60,880 nt of DNA from assembly GCA_003599425.1 (NCBI GenBank), contig QZKC01000052.1, positions 1 through 60,880 of the forward strand, in the 5' to 3' direction. Shown piece by piece: positions 18,616 to 28,398 of the stretch (position 1 is the stretch's first letter; each line of letters starts with the position of its first letter). This DNA comes from Nitrospiraceae bacterium (GTDB taxonomy: Bacteria > Nitrospirota > Thermodesulfovibrionia > UBA6902). Under the pieces are notes generated by a model that was not told where the DNA came from, ran no database searches, and was given only the letters and a program-made list of their open reading frames with translations. Position numbers and translations under genes: made by a program.

Positions 18616-19547
18616 TCTGTCAGCACCCCGTACTTTTTCGCGAGCGTTTTTACCTTGTTCAGTTCCAGTTCGTCAACCTTCGAAAACCCTAACGGCATCT
18701 CTGTCTGGTCCCAGTCAACAAGCATTGTTTTATGTTTCCCTCGAGGATCAAAAGCAAGGAGCGCGGCACGGACCGCCTCAGCGGTCTTACTGTCAACGGA
18801 ACTGCTGTAAGCGATAAGGCTTCCCGGAAATGGCTCCGATATTTTCAGTATTTTTATCTTGCCCTCTGATGCCAGTGTTTTTGCAAGGGTATCCTGAATT
18901 CCCCCTGCGTCGCACTCTCCGTTCAGGACGGTCTTTACTGTTTCGAGATGAGACCCTGTATAAATATACCTAACAAGGTCTTCAAGATGAATACCCTCGT
19001 CCTCAAGCATATTCCTTGGGATCAGATGCCCCTGTGTAGACATCCTTGAACCGAATGCAAAACATTTCCCCTTCAGGTCTTTCAGGCCCTCAATGCTGCT
19101 TCCCGGGGAAGTAAATATTATCGAATTATATGTAGTGTCTCCCTCTTTGTTCACTCCGCTTACAAGGTATCGTATCCCGTACCTGGCCTCGCCAATGAGG
19201 TAGCTGAGCGTTCCGACAGCAGCAAAGTGCGTAACACCTTTGCCAAGGTCTTCAACGGTACTTTCATATTTCTCGGCGAACTTAATGCGGAAATGCCTGC
19301 CAGTGTCTTTTTCAAGATATTGAAGAAGGGGGAGGTATATCCTAACATCTTCTTTGGGCCCGATCCTGAGGTCAAATCCGAACCAGAGGGCATCCTGGGG
19401 CGCATACTCATTTAACTCTGCTTTCTCATTGGTCTTTGTGGTCAGACTAACCTTTTTGGGTGTTTCTTTTTCTACGCAGCCTGATGATACCAGCACAAGC
19501 AGACAGATAAGAAAAGACAATATTTTCACCTTGATTGCTGCACCCAT
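18612..19547 (-). CDS. PhnD-family periplasmic binding lipoprotein coupled to the kinase
   Basis: Lipobox-like SSGC; YLPLLQYLE, DLKGKCFAFG..STQGHLIP, H..V.NGECDAG; 4-nt overlap with the kinase gene. Confidence 0.82.
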   Translation of the reverse strand: MGAAIKVKILSFLICLLVLVSSGCVEKETPKKVSLTTKTNEKAELNEYAPQDALWFGFDLRIGPKEDVRIYLPLLQYLEKDTGRHFRIKFAEKYESTVEDLGKGVTHFAAVGTLSYLIGEARYGIRYLVSGVNKEGDTTYNSIIFTSPGSSIEGLKDLKGKCFAFGSRMSTQGHLIPRNMLEDEGIHLEDLVRYIYTGSHLETVKTVLNGECDAGGIQDTLAKTLASEGKIKILKISEPFPGSLIAYSSSVDSKTAEAVRAALLAFDPRGKHKTMLVDWDQTEMPLGFSKVDELELNKVKTLAKKYGVLTE

Positions 19548-19755
19548 GAAAATTATTTTAACTTTTATAAAAAAAATTAGCCCAGACAGTTAAACTGCTT
19601 GTTCCTCTGTCATTGCGAGAACCGAAATGAAATGGTTTAGGGATGAACCTAAGCTGAACCCTTAAGTTATTTGCGGGCTTGCCCGATATAAATAAAAAAA
19701 CATATACATAACGTATGCGTTATTAGGCGAGATCCTGGCTCATCATAACAGGCCT

Positions 19756-22023
19756 ATGACAAAGGAAAAATTAATAAAAAACATCTTTCTTGTTTCTGTT
19801 GCAATCGCAATTATTTTTCCGCTGACCAATATCTATATCATTTTTCCTGCGTTCACAAAACTTCTTATAACGAACACGGAACATGAAGCTGAGCGCGTGG
19901 GCTCTCACCTTGCGAGCATGATCCTGAAACATGACCATGAGCTGACCCGCGAGAGTGTATCAGAACATTTTTCAGGCGGAAAATCCGATGTTGTTCTGAA
20001 AGATTTCCACCTCTTGAAACTGAAAATATTCTCCCCTTCAGGACAGATCATTCACTCCTCTGACCAGTCTGAGACAGGGGAAATGAACACAAACCATTAC
20101 TTTAATGAAATCGTGGCAGGGGGAAAGCCATACACAAATGTTGTGAAAAAGGGCACTCAATCCCTTGAAGGGGAAACCGTGACTGCTGATATTGTCGAAA
20201 CATATGTCCCTGTAATGCGCAATGGACAGTTCGCCGGCGCCTTTGAGATCTACTATGACATAACCGGGAGGAGCCAGATTCTTAACTCCCTGGTGTTACG
20301 TTCTTCTTTTATTCCACTTGGGATTATGATGTGTTTCCTGGTCGTCATTATCATTATCCTGTTTAAGGGCAACAAAGCTCTCGATGATGATAAAGCATAT
20401 ATTTTGCCTAAGCGGTATCTGTCGCCTTACTATTCATTTTTGCTGCTTACGGTATCGATATTTATAGCGGAAACGATCATTATGCTGCTCATTGCAGCGT
20501 TCCCTTCACTTTCCCAGTGGAACATGGCCATCCTCGATGCTGTACTGCTGGTTATCATAATTTCTCCCACAATTTATTTTTTCCTGATGAGACCCCTGCT
20601 GGCACATATTGCTGAACGCCAAAAAACTGAAGAGCGCATCAAGGAAATAGCCTTTTATGATGAAGTGACAAAATTGCCGAACCGTAATCTGTTTCAGGAC
20701 CGGCTGAAAAAAGCTATTGAACATGCCGGGCGCTACAAAAGATGCATGACGGTGATCTCTCTCGATATAGACAATTTCAAGAGGATCAATGACACCTTCG
20801 AACACAAAGTGGGGGATCTGCTCCTCAGAGAAGTGGCTGAACGGCTGAACAGGTGTGTGCGGGCCTCTGACTCCATCTCACGACCTGGTGAAGACAGCGC
20901 CGTCGGTACGGTTGCCCGCATTGGAGGCGATGAATTCATTGTGCTGCTGTCAGAGATCAGTTCTGCCCTGGACGCATCGAGGGTTGCTCAGCGTATCCTT
21001 GACGCCATTTCCAGCCCGTTTCAGCTTGCCGGACACGATATTTTCATCACAGCGAGCACAGGCATTGCGCTGTATCCTCAAAATGGTGAAGACCTTGACA
21101 GCCTTCTTAAGAATGCGGATACAGCCATGCATCATGCAAAAGATCTCGGCAGGAATAATTATCAGTTTCATGAAGATGCCATGAATGTTTTATCCCTGAA
21201 GCGCCTCACCATTGAGAATGAACTGAGAAAGGCGGTGGAACGGGACGAGTTTCTCCTTTACTATCAACCGCAGATCGATATGGTCATGGGCAGGGTGATC
21301 GGCTTTGAGGCGCTTATCAGATGGGACCATCCCGTAAAGGGACTTATTCCCCCGGGTGAGTTTATCCCTGTTGCTGAAGAAAGCGGCCTCATATCGCTGA
21401 TAGATAAGTGGGTGCTGAAAAATGTGTGCTGGCAGCTTAAACACTGGGAGGCGTCGGGCATTGACACACTCAGGGTCTCATTGAACCTTTCTGCGCAGCA
21501 GTTCATGAACAGGGATCTGCCGGATATGGTATCACGCTCGGTTGATATGTTCTCAGTTGATCCGCGCAAACTGGAATTTGAGATCACGGAGGGGGTGCTT
21601 ATGCAGAATGCCGAAATGGCCACGGGGATACTGAAGTCCCTGAAGGATATGGGCATCCGGCTGGCAATGGATGATTTCGGCACAGGGTACTCCTCCTTCA
21701 GTTATCTGAAGCGGCTGCCTCTTGACATCATCAAGATAGACCGTTCGTTCATTAATGATGTCCCCGGCGACCCTGATGATGCAGCTATAGTTACGGCCAT
21801 AATCGCGATGGCAAAAAACCTGAGACTCGATATTGTTGCCGAAGGAGTAGAAAAGATAGAGCAAAAAAAGTTTCTGGTGGAACACGGGTGCATGACTGCG
21901 CAGGGGTATCTGTTCAGTGTCCCTTTGTCTGCCGAAAAAGCTTCTTTGCTGCTTCAGGAGAATGCTGTGTTCTGGCATCATGGCCATGGATTTAAGGCAG
22001 GGTGCGGCTCAATGAGTCCGTAA
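19756..22023 (+). CDS. Membrane sensor GGDEF-EAL protein
   Basis: Periplasmic Cache-like domain, TM helices, IGGDEF, EAL, DDFGTGYSS. Confidence 0.92.
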   Translation: MTKEKLIKNIFLVSVAIAIIFPLTNIYIIFPAFTKLLITNTEHEAERVGSHLASMILKHDHELTRESVSEHFSGGKSDVVLKDFHLLKLKIFSPSGQIIHSSDQSETGEMNTNHYFNEIVAGGKPYTNVVKKGTQSLEGETVTADIVETYVPVMRNGQFAGAFEIYYDITGRSQILNSLVLRSSFIPLGIMMCFLVVIIIILFKGNKALDDDKAYILPKRYLSPYYSFLLLTVSIFIAETIIMLLIAAFPSLSQWNMAILDAVLLVIIISPTIYFFLMRPLLAHIAERQKTEERIKEIAFYDEVTKLPNRNLFQDRLKKAIEHAGRYKRCMTVISLDIDNFKRINDTFEHKVGDLLLREVAERLNRCVRASDSISRPGEDSAVGTVARIGGDEFIVLLSEISSALDASRVAQRILDAISSPFQLAGHDIFITASTGIALYPQNGEDLDSLLKNADTAMHHAKDLGRNNYQFHEDAMNVLSLKRLTIENELRKAVERDEFLLYYQPQIDMVMGRVIGFEALIRWDHPVKGLIPPGEFIPVAEESGLISLIDKWVLKNVCWQLKHWEASGIDTLRVSLNLSAQQFMNRDLPDMVSRSVDMFSVDPRKLEFEITEGVLMQNAEMATGILKSLKDMGIRLAMDDFGTGYSSFSYLKRLPLDIIKIDRSFINDVPGDPDDAAIVTAIIAMAKNLRLDIVAEGVEKIEQKKFLVEHGCMTAQGYLFSVPLSAEKASLLLQENAVFWHHGHGFKAGCGSMSP

Positions 22024-22136
22024 TATTTCACTTCCGCAGAGCACTATTTAAGAAATTTATTTTAGATACCGATAGATATACATGTAAATTGCCCTTGGAG
22101 AGGTAAAATATTTTTTCAGCAGAAAGGATTAAGTTT

Positions 22137-23567
22137 ATGCCGAAAGATAAGAACCTGAAAATCATGCTTTTCATCTCTTTAGCGATAACACTGCTCGTGC
22201 CGGCTGTCAATTATCACTTTATATATCCGTCTTTTACCAAAATGATACTTGATAATACGGAGGAGGAGGCAGAGCGCGCGGCACGTCATCTTCAGACAAT
22301 GATCATCCCTGACACCATAGACCTCAAGAGAGAATCCCTTGTGAAAGACTTGCCTGATAAAGTGGACCAGGCAAAAAAAGATCTTTCCTTCATAAAACTT
22401 AAGCTGTTTTCAAGGGAAGGAGAGATCATCTACTCAACCGATTCTAAGGATATCAGGGAAATAAATAAACATGATTATTTTCATCAAGTCGTTGCCAGGG
22501 GGGCAAAGTATACAAAAGTTGTTAAAAAGGACACCAAATCTCTCGAAGGAAAAATAGTAAAAGCGGATGTGGTAGAGACATACATCCCCATCATGAGAAA
22601 CGGAAATTTCGTCGGGGCGTTTGAGATCTATTACGACATTACCCTCAGGTACGAGAAATTGATCAGCGCTGTTTTTAACTTTTCACTCCCCCCCCTGATC
22701 ATGATGCTCGGTTTTTTTTCCTTTATCGCCATGATGATATTCAGGCTGGACAAAAACATCCTGTACCGCAAACGTGCTGAGACAGAGGCGGTGCTCTATG
22801 CTGAAAAACTTAAAAAGAGCAATCGCGAGCTGGAAGAATTTGCCTATATCGCATCACACGACCTGCAGGAACCGCTCAGAAAGATCATGTCGTTCGGAGA
22901 CCGCCTGAAAGAAAAATACTCCGGGGCGTTTGACGAAAAAGGCCTCGATTATCTTGAGCGGATGCAGAGCGCAGCATTCAGGATGCGGAACCTTATTCAG
23001 GGGCTGCTGATGTTCTCCCGCGTTACATCAAAGGCACAGCCTTTTGTCCCTGTAAACCTTTCTGCAGTTGCTCAGGAAGTTTTGTCTGATATGGAAATCC
23101 GTATCCAGGAGTCAAAGGGACGCATAGAAGTCGAGCATCTTCCGGTTGTCAATGCAGACCCGATGCAGATGCGGCAGTTGATGCAGAACCTTATCAGTAA
23201 TGCTCTGAAATTCACCAAGGAGGGAGAAGCTCCTGTTGTAAAGGTCTCCGGCGCTCCGGTAACCGGGCAGGAGAGGACGCAGGACAATGAATTGTATCAA
23301 ATCACGATTGAGGACAATGGTATCGGGTTTGATGAAAAATATGCTGACCGCATCTTCGGGATGTTCCAGAGACTGCACGGAAGGAAGGAATATGAGGGGA
23401 CCGGCATCGGACTGACCGTCTGCAAGAAGATCGTTGAACGGCATGGAGGAAGCATTGCTGCAAAGAGTGTTCCAGGAGCGGGAACAAAGTTTATCATCAC
23501 CCTTCCGGCAAAGCAGTCCGGAAATGACGGCGCAGAGGCAGCGGCGGATAAAGCCATCATATTGTGA
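22137..23567 (+). CDS. Membrane sensor histidine kinase (phytochrome-type HisKA)
   Basis: ASHDLQEPLRKI, NALKF, FQRLH, GTGIGL; sensor domain homologous to that of the upstream gene. Confidence 0.93.
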   Translation: MPKDKNLKIMLFISLAITLLVPAVNYHFIYPSFTKMILDNTEEEAERAARHLQTMIIPDTIDLKRESLVKDLPDKVDQAKKDLSFIKLKLFSREGEIIYSTDSKDIREINKHDYFHQVVARGAKYTKVVKKDTKSLEGKIVKADVVETYIPIMRNGNFVGAFEIYYDITLRYEKLISAVFNFSLPPLIMMLGFFSFIAMMIFRLDKNILYRKRAETEAVLYAEKLKKSNRELEEFAYIASHDLQEPLRKIMSFGDRLKEKYSGAFDEKGLDYLERMQSAAFRMRNLIQGLLMFSRVTSKAQPFVPVNLSAVAQEVLSDMEIRIQESKGRIEVEHLPVVNADPMQMRQLMQNLISNALKFTKEGEAPVVKVSGAPVTGQERTQDNELYQITIEDNGIGFDEKYADRIFGMFQRLHGRKEYEGTGIGLTVCKKIVERHGGSIAAKSVPGAGTKFIITLPAKQSGNDGAEAAADKAIIL

Positions 23568-23568
23568 G

Positions 23569-25356
23569 ATGAGCAGGAAAACAATAAAAATATTACTTGT
23601 CGACGACGATGAAGATGATTATATAATGACCCGGGACCTCCTTTCTGAAATTGACGGGACGACATATGATCTGCAATGGACGACAAACTTTGACGGTGCA
23701 GTCACGCTTATTGAGCAAAGAGAGCATGACGTATATCTTTTTGATTATCGTCTCGGAGAACGCACGGGACTTGAGCTTTTACGCGCAGCCATTGAAAAAG
23801 GCTGCAGGGCCCCGATCATAATATTAACGGGGCAGGGCGACAAGGAACTGGACATGCTCGCGATGAGGTCTGGTGCGGCAGATTATCTGGTGAAGGGACA
23901 GATCAATGCCCCACTGATAGAGAGGTCTATCAGATATGCGATTGAACGCAAACGGTCTGAAGAGGATATCTACCGGATGGCATATTACGATGTCCTGACC
24001 AGTCTTCCCAACCGGCTGTTGTTCAGGGATCGTTTGTCACAGGCCATGGGTCTTGCGGAGAGACATGACAGGAAGGTGGCAGTATTATTTATAGATCTCG
24101 ATAATTTCAAGCGCATTAATGATACCTTTGGCCACCATATGGGGGACCAGTTGCTGAAGAACATTGCGGAGCGTTTGAAAAACTGCATGAGAAAATGCGA
24201 TTCACTGTCACGGCAGCATCCTGATAGTGCGGTTGATACGGTTGCCCGGCTTGGCGGCGATGAGTTCACCATCCTGCTGTCGGAAATCGGGCATGGCGAG
24301 GACGCGGCCAAGGTAGCGCAGCGGATCATTGAGACCCTGGCACAGCAATTTACGCTGAATGCATATGAAATATTCATCAGCGCGAGCATCGGGATTGCCA
24401 TATATCCGCATGACGGAAATGATATTGATACCCTTTTAAAGAACGCAGATGCTGCGATGTACCATGCAAAATCGGAAGGCAAGAACAATTACCAGTATTA
24501 CAGGCAGTCCATGAATGCCTCTGCCTTTGAAAGGCTGACTATAGAGAACAAACTGCGCAAGGCAGTGGACAGGAACGAATTTGTCCTTCATTACCAGCCA
24601 CAGATCGAAGTCAGGACCGGCAAGATAGTCGGACTGGAAGCACTTATACGGTGGCAGCAGGATGACAAACTGATAGAACCCGCAGAATTCATTCCGATAG
24701 CAGAAGAGACGTGTTTGATCATTCCCATGAGTGAATGGGTGCTGCATACAGCGGCGACACAGATAAAAGCATGGCAGGCAGCTGGGTTTCACAATATCCC
24801 TGTTTCGGTCAATATTTCAAGCCAGCAGTTTCAGCATAAAAAATTTATAGGTTCATTACACGGAGTTATAAAAGATACAGGCATCAGATCCAGGGATATG
24901 ATATTGGAAATAACAGAGAGCACCATAATGCGGAATACCGACATAGTATTTCATACGCTGTATGAATTATCCAAGATAGGATTGCGGCTTTCGATCGATG
25001 ATTTCGGCACCGGGTATTCATCGCTGAGCTACCTGAAGCGTTTCCCTCTGCATGCCATAAAGATTGACCGCTCGTTCATAAAGGAGATCAGCACCAGCCC
25101 TGATGACGCGGCCATATCAAAGGCCATTATCTCCATGGCGCACAGTCTGAAGATCAGGGTTGTAGCCGAAGGAGTCGAGACAAAGCATCAGCTTGCGTTC
25201 CTGTCCGAACAGGGATGCGATGAAGCGCAAGGTTTTCTGTTCAGCCGTCCCTTGCCGGCTGAGGATATCGAGAAACTTTTAGCGATGGATAAAAATACTG
25301 AGGGCAGTATATTCCCGATCCTGCACAGGGGCTATGGTATTGTGCAGAGAAGATAA
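23569..25356 (+). CDS. REC-GGDEF-EAL response regulator
   Basis: ATG 1 nt after the kinase stop (track start 23434 overlaps the kinase); LLVDDDEDD, LGGDEF, EAL. Confidence 0.92.
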   Translation: MSRKTIKILLVDDDEDDYIMTRDLLSEIDGTTYDLQWTTNFDGAVTLIEQREHDVYLFDYRLGERTGLELLRAAIEKGCRAPIIILTGQGDKELDMLAMRSGAADYLVKGQINAPLIERSIRYAIERKRSEEDIYRMAYYDVLTSLPNRLLFRDRLSQAMGLAERHDRKVAVLFIDLDNFKRINDTFGHHMGDQLLKNIAERLKNCMRKCDSLSRQHPDSAVDTVARLGGDEFTILLSEIGHGEDAAKVAQRIIETLAQQFTLNAYEIFISASIGIAIYPHDGNDIDTLLKNADAAMYHAKSEGKNNYQYYRQSMNASAFERLTIENKLRKAVDRNEFVLHYQPQIEVRTGKIVGLEALIRWQQDDKLIEPAEFIPIAEETCLIIPMSEWVLHTAATQIKAWQAAGFHNIPVSVNISSQQFQHKKFIGSLHGVIKDTGIRSRDMILEITESTIMRNTDIVFHTLYELSKIGLRLSIDDFGTGYSSLSYLKRFPLHAIKIDRSFIKEISTSPDDAAISKAIISMAHSLKIRVVAEGVETKHQLAFLSEQGCDEAQGFLFSRPLPAEDIEKLLAMDKNTEGSIFPILHRGYGIVQRR

Positions 25357-25365
25357 AAGAAAAAA

Positions 25366-25434
25366 AGCGATCAGCGGTAAGCGGGGGAGAGTCCATTTTT
25401 TGATCTGATCGCTGAAAGTTGATAACCGACAGCT
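25366..25434. repeat. Inverted heptamer arrays (AGCNNTC type)
   Basis: AGCGATC AGCGGTA AGCGG ... CTGATCG CTGAAAG TTGATAA CCGACAG CT. Confidence 0.6.
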
Positions 25435-25513
25435 TATTGTTCTGCAGGCTGTCATTTGTGTGCGTAATAAATATTGAAAAAATTGTAAACAATTTAAAGG
25501 AAGGGGAATAACC

Positions 25514-25978
25514 ATGAACGAAGATTTTAAATCTATAACAATTCTGATGGCAGATGATGATGAGGATGACCGCATGATGGCTGAGGAGGCTTTAAAAGAG
25601 GCAAAGCTGCTGAACCCGATCCGGTTCGTCAATGACGGTGAGGAATTGCTTGATTACCTGTACCGGCGGGGTGAATATTCCAACGGCGCTGATGTGCCGC
25701 GGCCGGGCTTGATCCTGCTTGATCTTAATATGCCGAGAAAAGACGGGCGTGAGGCTCTTAAGGAAATCAAGGCAGACCCGGAACTGCGGCAAATACCTAT
25801 TGTTGTGCTGACAACGTCGATAGCTGAGGAGGATATCTATCGGACATACAATCTCGGCGTGAACTCGTATATAACAAAACCAGTTGCATTTGAAGGGTTG
25901 GTGGAAGTGATGAAAAGCCTCGCCAACTACTGGTTCAATATTGTCAGGCTTCCAGTGAGCGGGGGAGGAGCATCCTAA
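25514..25978 (+). CDS. Single-domain response regulator, Rcp1-like
   Basis: ADDDEDD, LLDLNMPRKDGREAL, VVLTTS, NSYITKP. Confidence 0.92.
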   Translation: MNEDFKSITILMADDDEDDRMMAEEALKEAKLLNPIRFVNDGEELLDYLYRRGEYSNGADVPRPGLILLDLNMPRKDGREALKEIKADPELRQIPIVVLTTSIAEEDIYRTYNLGVNSYITKPVAFEGLVEVMKSLANYWFNIVRLPVSGGGAS

Positions 25979-27237
25979 AGCCTTGTAATCTTGACCTTCT
26001 CCACTTTCTTGCCATCCATTTCGAGGATGAGGAATCTCAGCCCGTGGTATCTTAACTGCTCCCCGACTTTCGGGAGACGGCCGAACAACCCGAAGAGAAA
26101 ACCGCCGATCGTGTGAAATTCTTCCGTGTCGAGTTTGATACCGACAAGCTCGTTGATCTCATCCATTCCCGTATAGCCTGAAACAACGAAAGTCCTTTCG
26201 TCGACAACCTCAACTTCTTTTTCTGACTCCATCGCTTCAAATTCGTCCTGCAGCCCGCCAACTATCTCTTCCATGATATCTTCGAGGGTTATGAGGCCCG
26301 CGGTCCCTCCGTGTTCATCCAGGACGATGGCGATCTGGAACTTGTTCTTCTGCATTTCATCAAGCAGCGCTGTGACCATCTTGCTTTCCGGTATGTAATA
26401 CGCGTCCCGGATGAAATTTTTTATCGGGGTATTAGGAGTTATTTCTTCTTTCGACATCTTCCGCAAAATGTCCTTGACGTATAATACCCCGATTATGTTA
26501 TCCACGTTTTCCATGATGACCGGATAACGCGAGTAGCCCTCTTCAGAGACAAGGGAGAGAACATCAGCAACTATCGCTTCTTCCGGAACTGCTACGATCT
26601 CGGTTCTTGGCACCATGGCCTCGGTAACCTTCTTGTCTCCAAAGGCGAACACATTATGGAGCATCTCTTTTTCTTCCTTCTCGAGGGCGCCCTCTTCTTC
26701 ACCTATTTTAATCATGGACTTCATTTCTTCTTCCGTCAAAAACTGCGGGGCTGGTTTAATGTCTCCTCCGAAAAGACGGATGATACCGTTTGATAATTTA
26801 TTAAATATCCAGACAAAAGGAGATATCAGTTTTATATACATTTGCATTGGCCGTGCCATTAACAGGGAGAGGCCTTCAGCATATGTAACGGCAAAGGTCT
26901 TCGGTGTCAGTTCGCCGAACACTACGGTAAGGAAAGTCATCACGATGGTGGCTATGACAATGCCTTTATCCTCGCCGAAATAATCGATGGCGATGACTGT
27001 CCCCATGGAAGTCGCAAGGACGGTGAAAAGGTTGCCGGAAAGGATCACGGCGCTGAAGAGCCGGTCATGCTGGTCGCGGATCTTCTGGACAATTTCGGCG
27101 CGGCTGACGCCTTTTTCGATGAGATGGCGGAGCCTGATACGGTTCACAGAGATAAAAGCCACTTCTGAACCGGAAAGCAGCGCAATAAAGACCAGGCAGA
27201 CGATTATGATTATGAAGCTGTAAGGGTCAGGGTCCAT
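25975..27237 (-). CDS. CNNM/CBS/CorC-domain protein (hemolysin TlyC family)
   Basis: SEVAFIS, VFGELTPK, MVPRT, YSRYPV, EDIMEEIVG, CorC C-terminus. Confidence 0.93.
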   Translation of the reverse strand: MDPDPYSFIIIIVCLVFIALLSGSEVAFISVNRIRLRHLIEKGVSRAEIVQKIRDQHDRLFSAVILSGNLFTVLATSMGTVIAIDYFGEDKGIVIATIVMTFLTVVFGELTPKTFAVTYAEGLSLLMARPMQMYIKLISPFVWIFNKLSNGIIRLFGGDIKPAPQFLTEEEMKSMIKIGEEEGALEKEEKEMLHNVFAFGDKKVTEAMVPRTEIVAVPEEAIVADVLSLVSEEGYSRYPVIMENVDNIIGVLYVKDILRKMSKEEITPNTPIKNFIRDAYYIPESKMVTALLDEMQKNKFQIAIVLDEHGGTAGLITLEDIMEEIVGGLQDEFEAMESEKEVEVVDERTFVVSGYTGMDEINELVGIKLDTEEFHTIGGFLFGLFGRLPKVGEQLRYHGLRFLILEMDGKKVEKVKITRL

Positions 27238-27240
27238 GTA

Positions 27241-28320
27241 TTATAATTTGATTTTTGAGATGATGGCGTCAGCGACACCCGACGTTGTTTCCGCAGTCGG
27301 ATCGTCAGGGGCCGGCTTCATGTCATATGTAACGGATTTCCCCTCTTTTATGACAGAAGCAATCGCGCTTTCAAGTTTTTCCGCAGCAGTTGTCTCTCCA
27401 AGATGTCGCAGCATCATAACACCGCTGAGCATCATGGCCAGGGGATTTACTTTGTTAAGTCCCTTGTATTTAGGGGCGCTGCCGTGGGTTGCTTCAAATA
27501 CGGCGTATTCATTGCCAAGGTTGGCGCCAGGGGCAAGGCCCAGTCCCCCGATCAGTCCGGCAGCAAGATCCGAGACTATGTCACCGTACAGGTTTGGAAG
27601 CACAAGAACATCGTACAGTTCAGGTTTTTGCACAAGCTGCATGCACATATTATCGATGATTTTGTCTTCAAATTCAATATCAGGATAGTTTTTGGCGACC
27701 TCTCGCGATACTTCCAGAAATAGTCCGTCTGAATGCTTCATGATGTTAGCCTTGTGCACGGACGTGACCTTCCGCCTTTTGTTCTTCCTCGCATATTCAA
27801 ATGCGAAGCGGACAATTCGCTCTGTACCAAACACAGAGATAGGCTTGATGCTGATCCCTGAATCAAGACGGATCATCCTGCCTGACAGGTTTTGAATCAG
27901 GTCAATGATCGCTTTGGCGCCAGCCGAGTCTTTTTGATATTCTATCCCCGCATAGAGGTCTTCAGTATTCTCACGGACAATAACAAGATCGATGTTCTCA
28001 TACCTGGTCCTGGCGCCTGCATATGATTTGCAGGGTCTCAGGCAGCTATAGAGGTCAAGCGCCTGCCGCAGCGTGACATTGACACTCCTGAAGCCTGTGC
28101 CGACAGGAGTGGTTATCGGCCCCTTAAGCGCCACTTTGTTTTTCTTGATGGATTCAAGCACCCTGTCAGGCAAGGGGTTGCCTTCCTTATGGTACACATC
28201 CTCGCCTGCATTCTGAATGTCCCATGCAAAGGCAACGCCTGTTGCTTCAAGGACCCTTCTCACCGCTTCTGTTATTTCCGGCCCTGTGCCGTCTCCTGGT
28301 ATAAGTGTTACGTTGTACAT
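27241..28320 (-). CDS. icd: Isocitrate dehydrogenase (isocitrate/isopropylmalate DH family), probably NADP-dependent
   Basis: [15 protein letters not shown] (SxNxxxR), [31 protein letters not shown]. Confidence 0.8.
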   Translation of the reverse strand: MYNVTLIPGDGTGPEITEAVRRVLEATGVAFAWDIQNAGEDVYHKEGNPLPDRVLESIKKNKVALKGPITTPVGTGFRSVNVTLRQALDLYSCLRPCKSYAGARTRYENIDLVIVRENTEDLYAGIEYQKDSAGAKAIIDLIQNLSGRMIRLDSGISIKPISVFGTERIVRFAFEYARKNKRRKVTSVHKANIMKHSDGLFLEVSREVAKNYPDIEFEDKIIDNMCMQLVQKPELYDVLVLPNLYGDIVSDLAAGLIGGLGLAPGANLGNEYAVFEATHGSAPKYKGLNKVNPLAMMLSGVMMLRHLGETTAAEKLESAIASVIKEGKSVTYDMKPAPDDPTAETTSGVADAIISKIKL

Positions 28321-28398
28321 GGCAAATTTATTTACTGACCTCCTTAATATTTAATGAATTGCTTTCGTATTCTCTGTGTTCTCAGTGGTTAAACAAAA

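Noticed and set aside
18612-19547. Phosphonate ABC transporter (phnCDE)
   Set aside because: No phnC or phnE nearby; the binding protein is coupled to a kinase instead.
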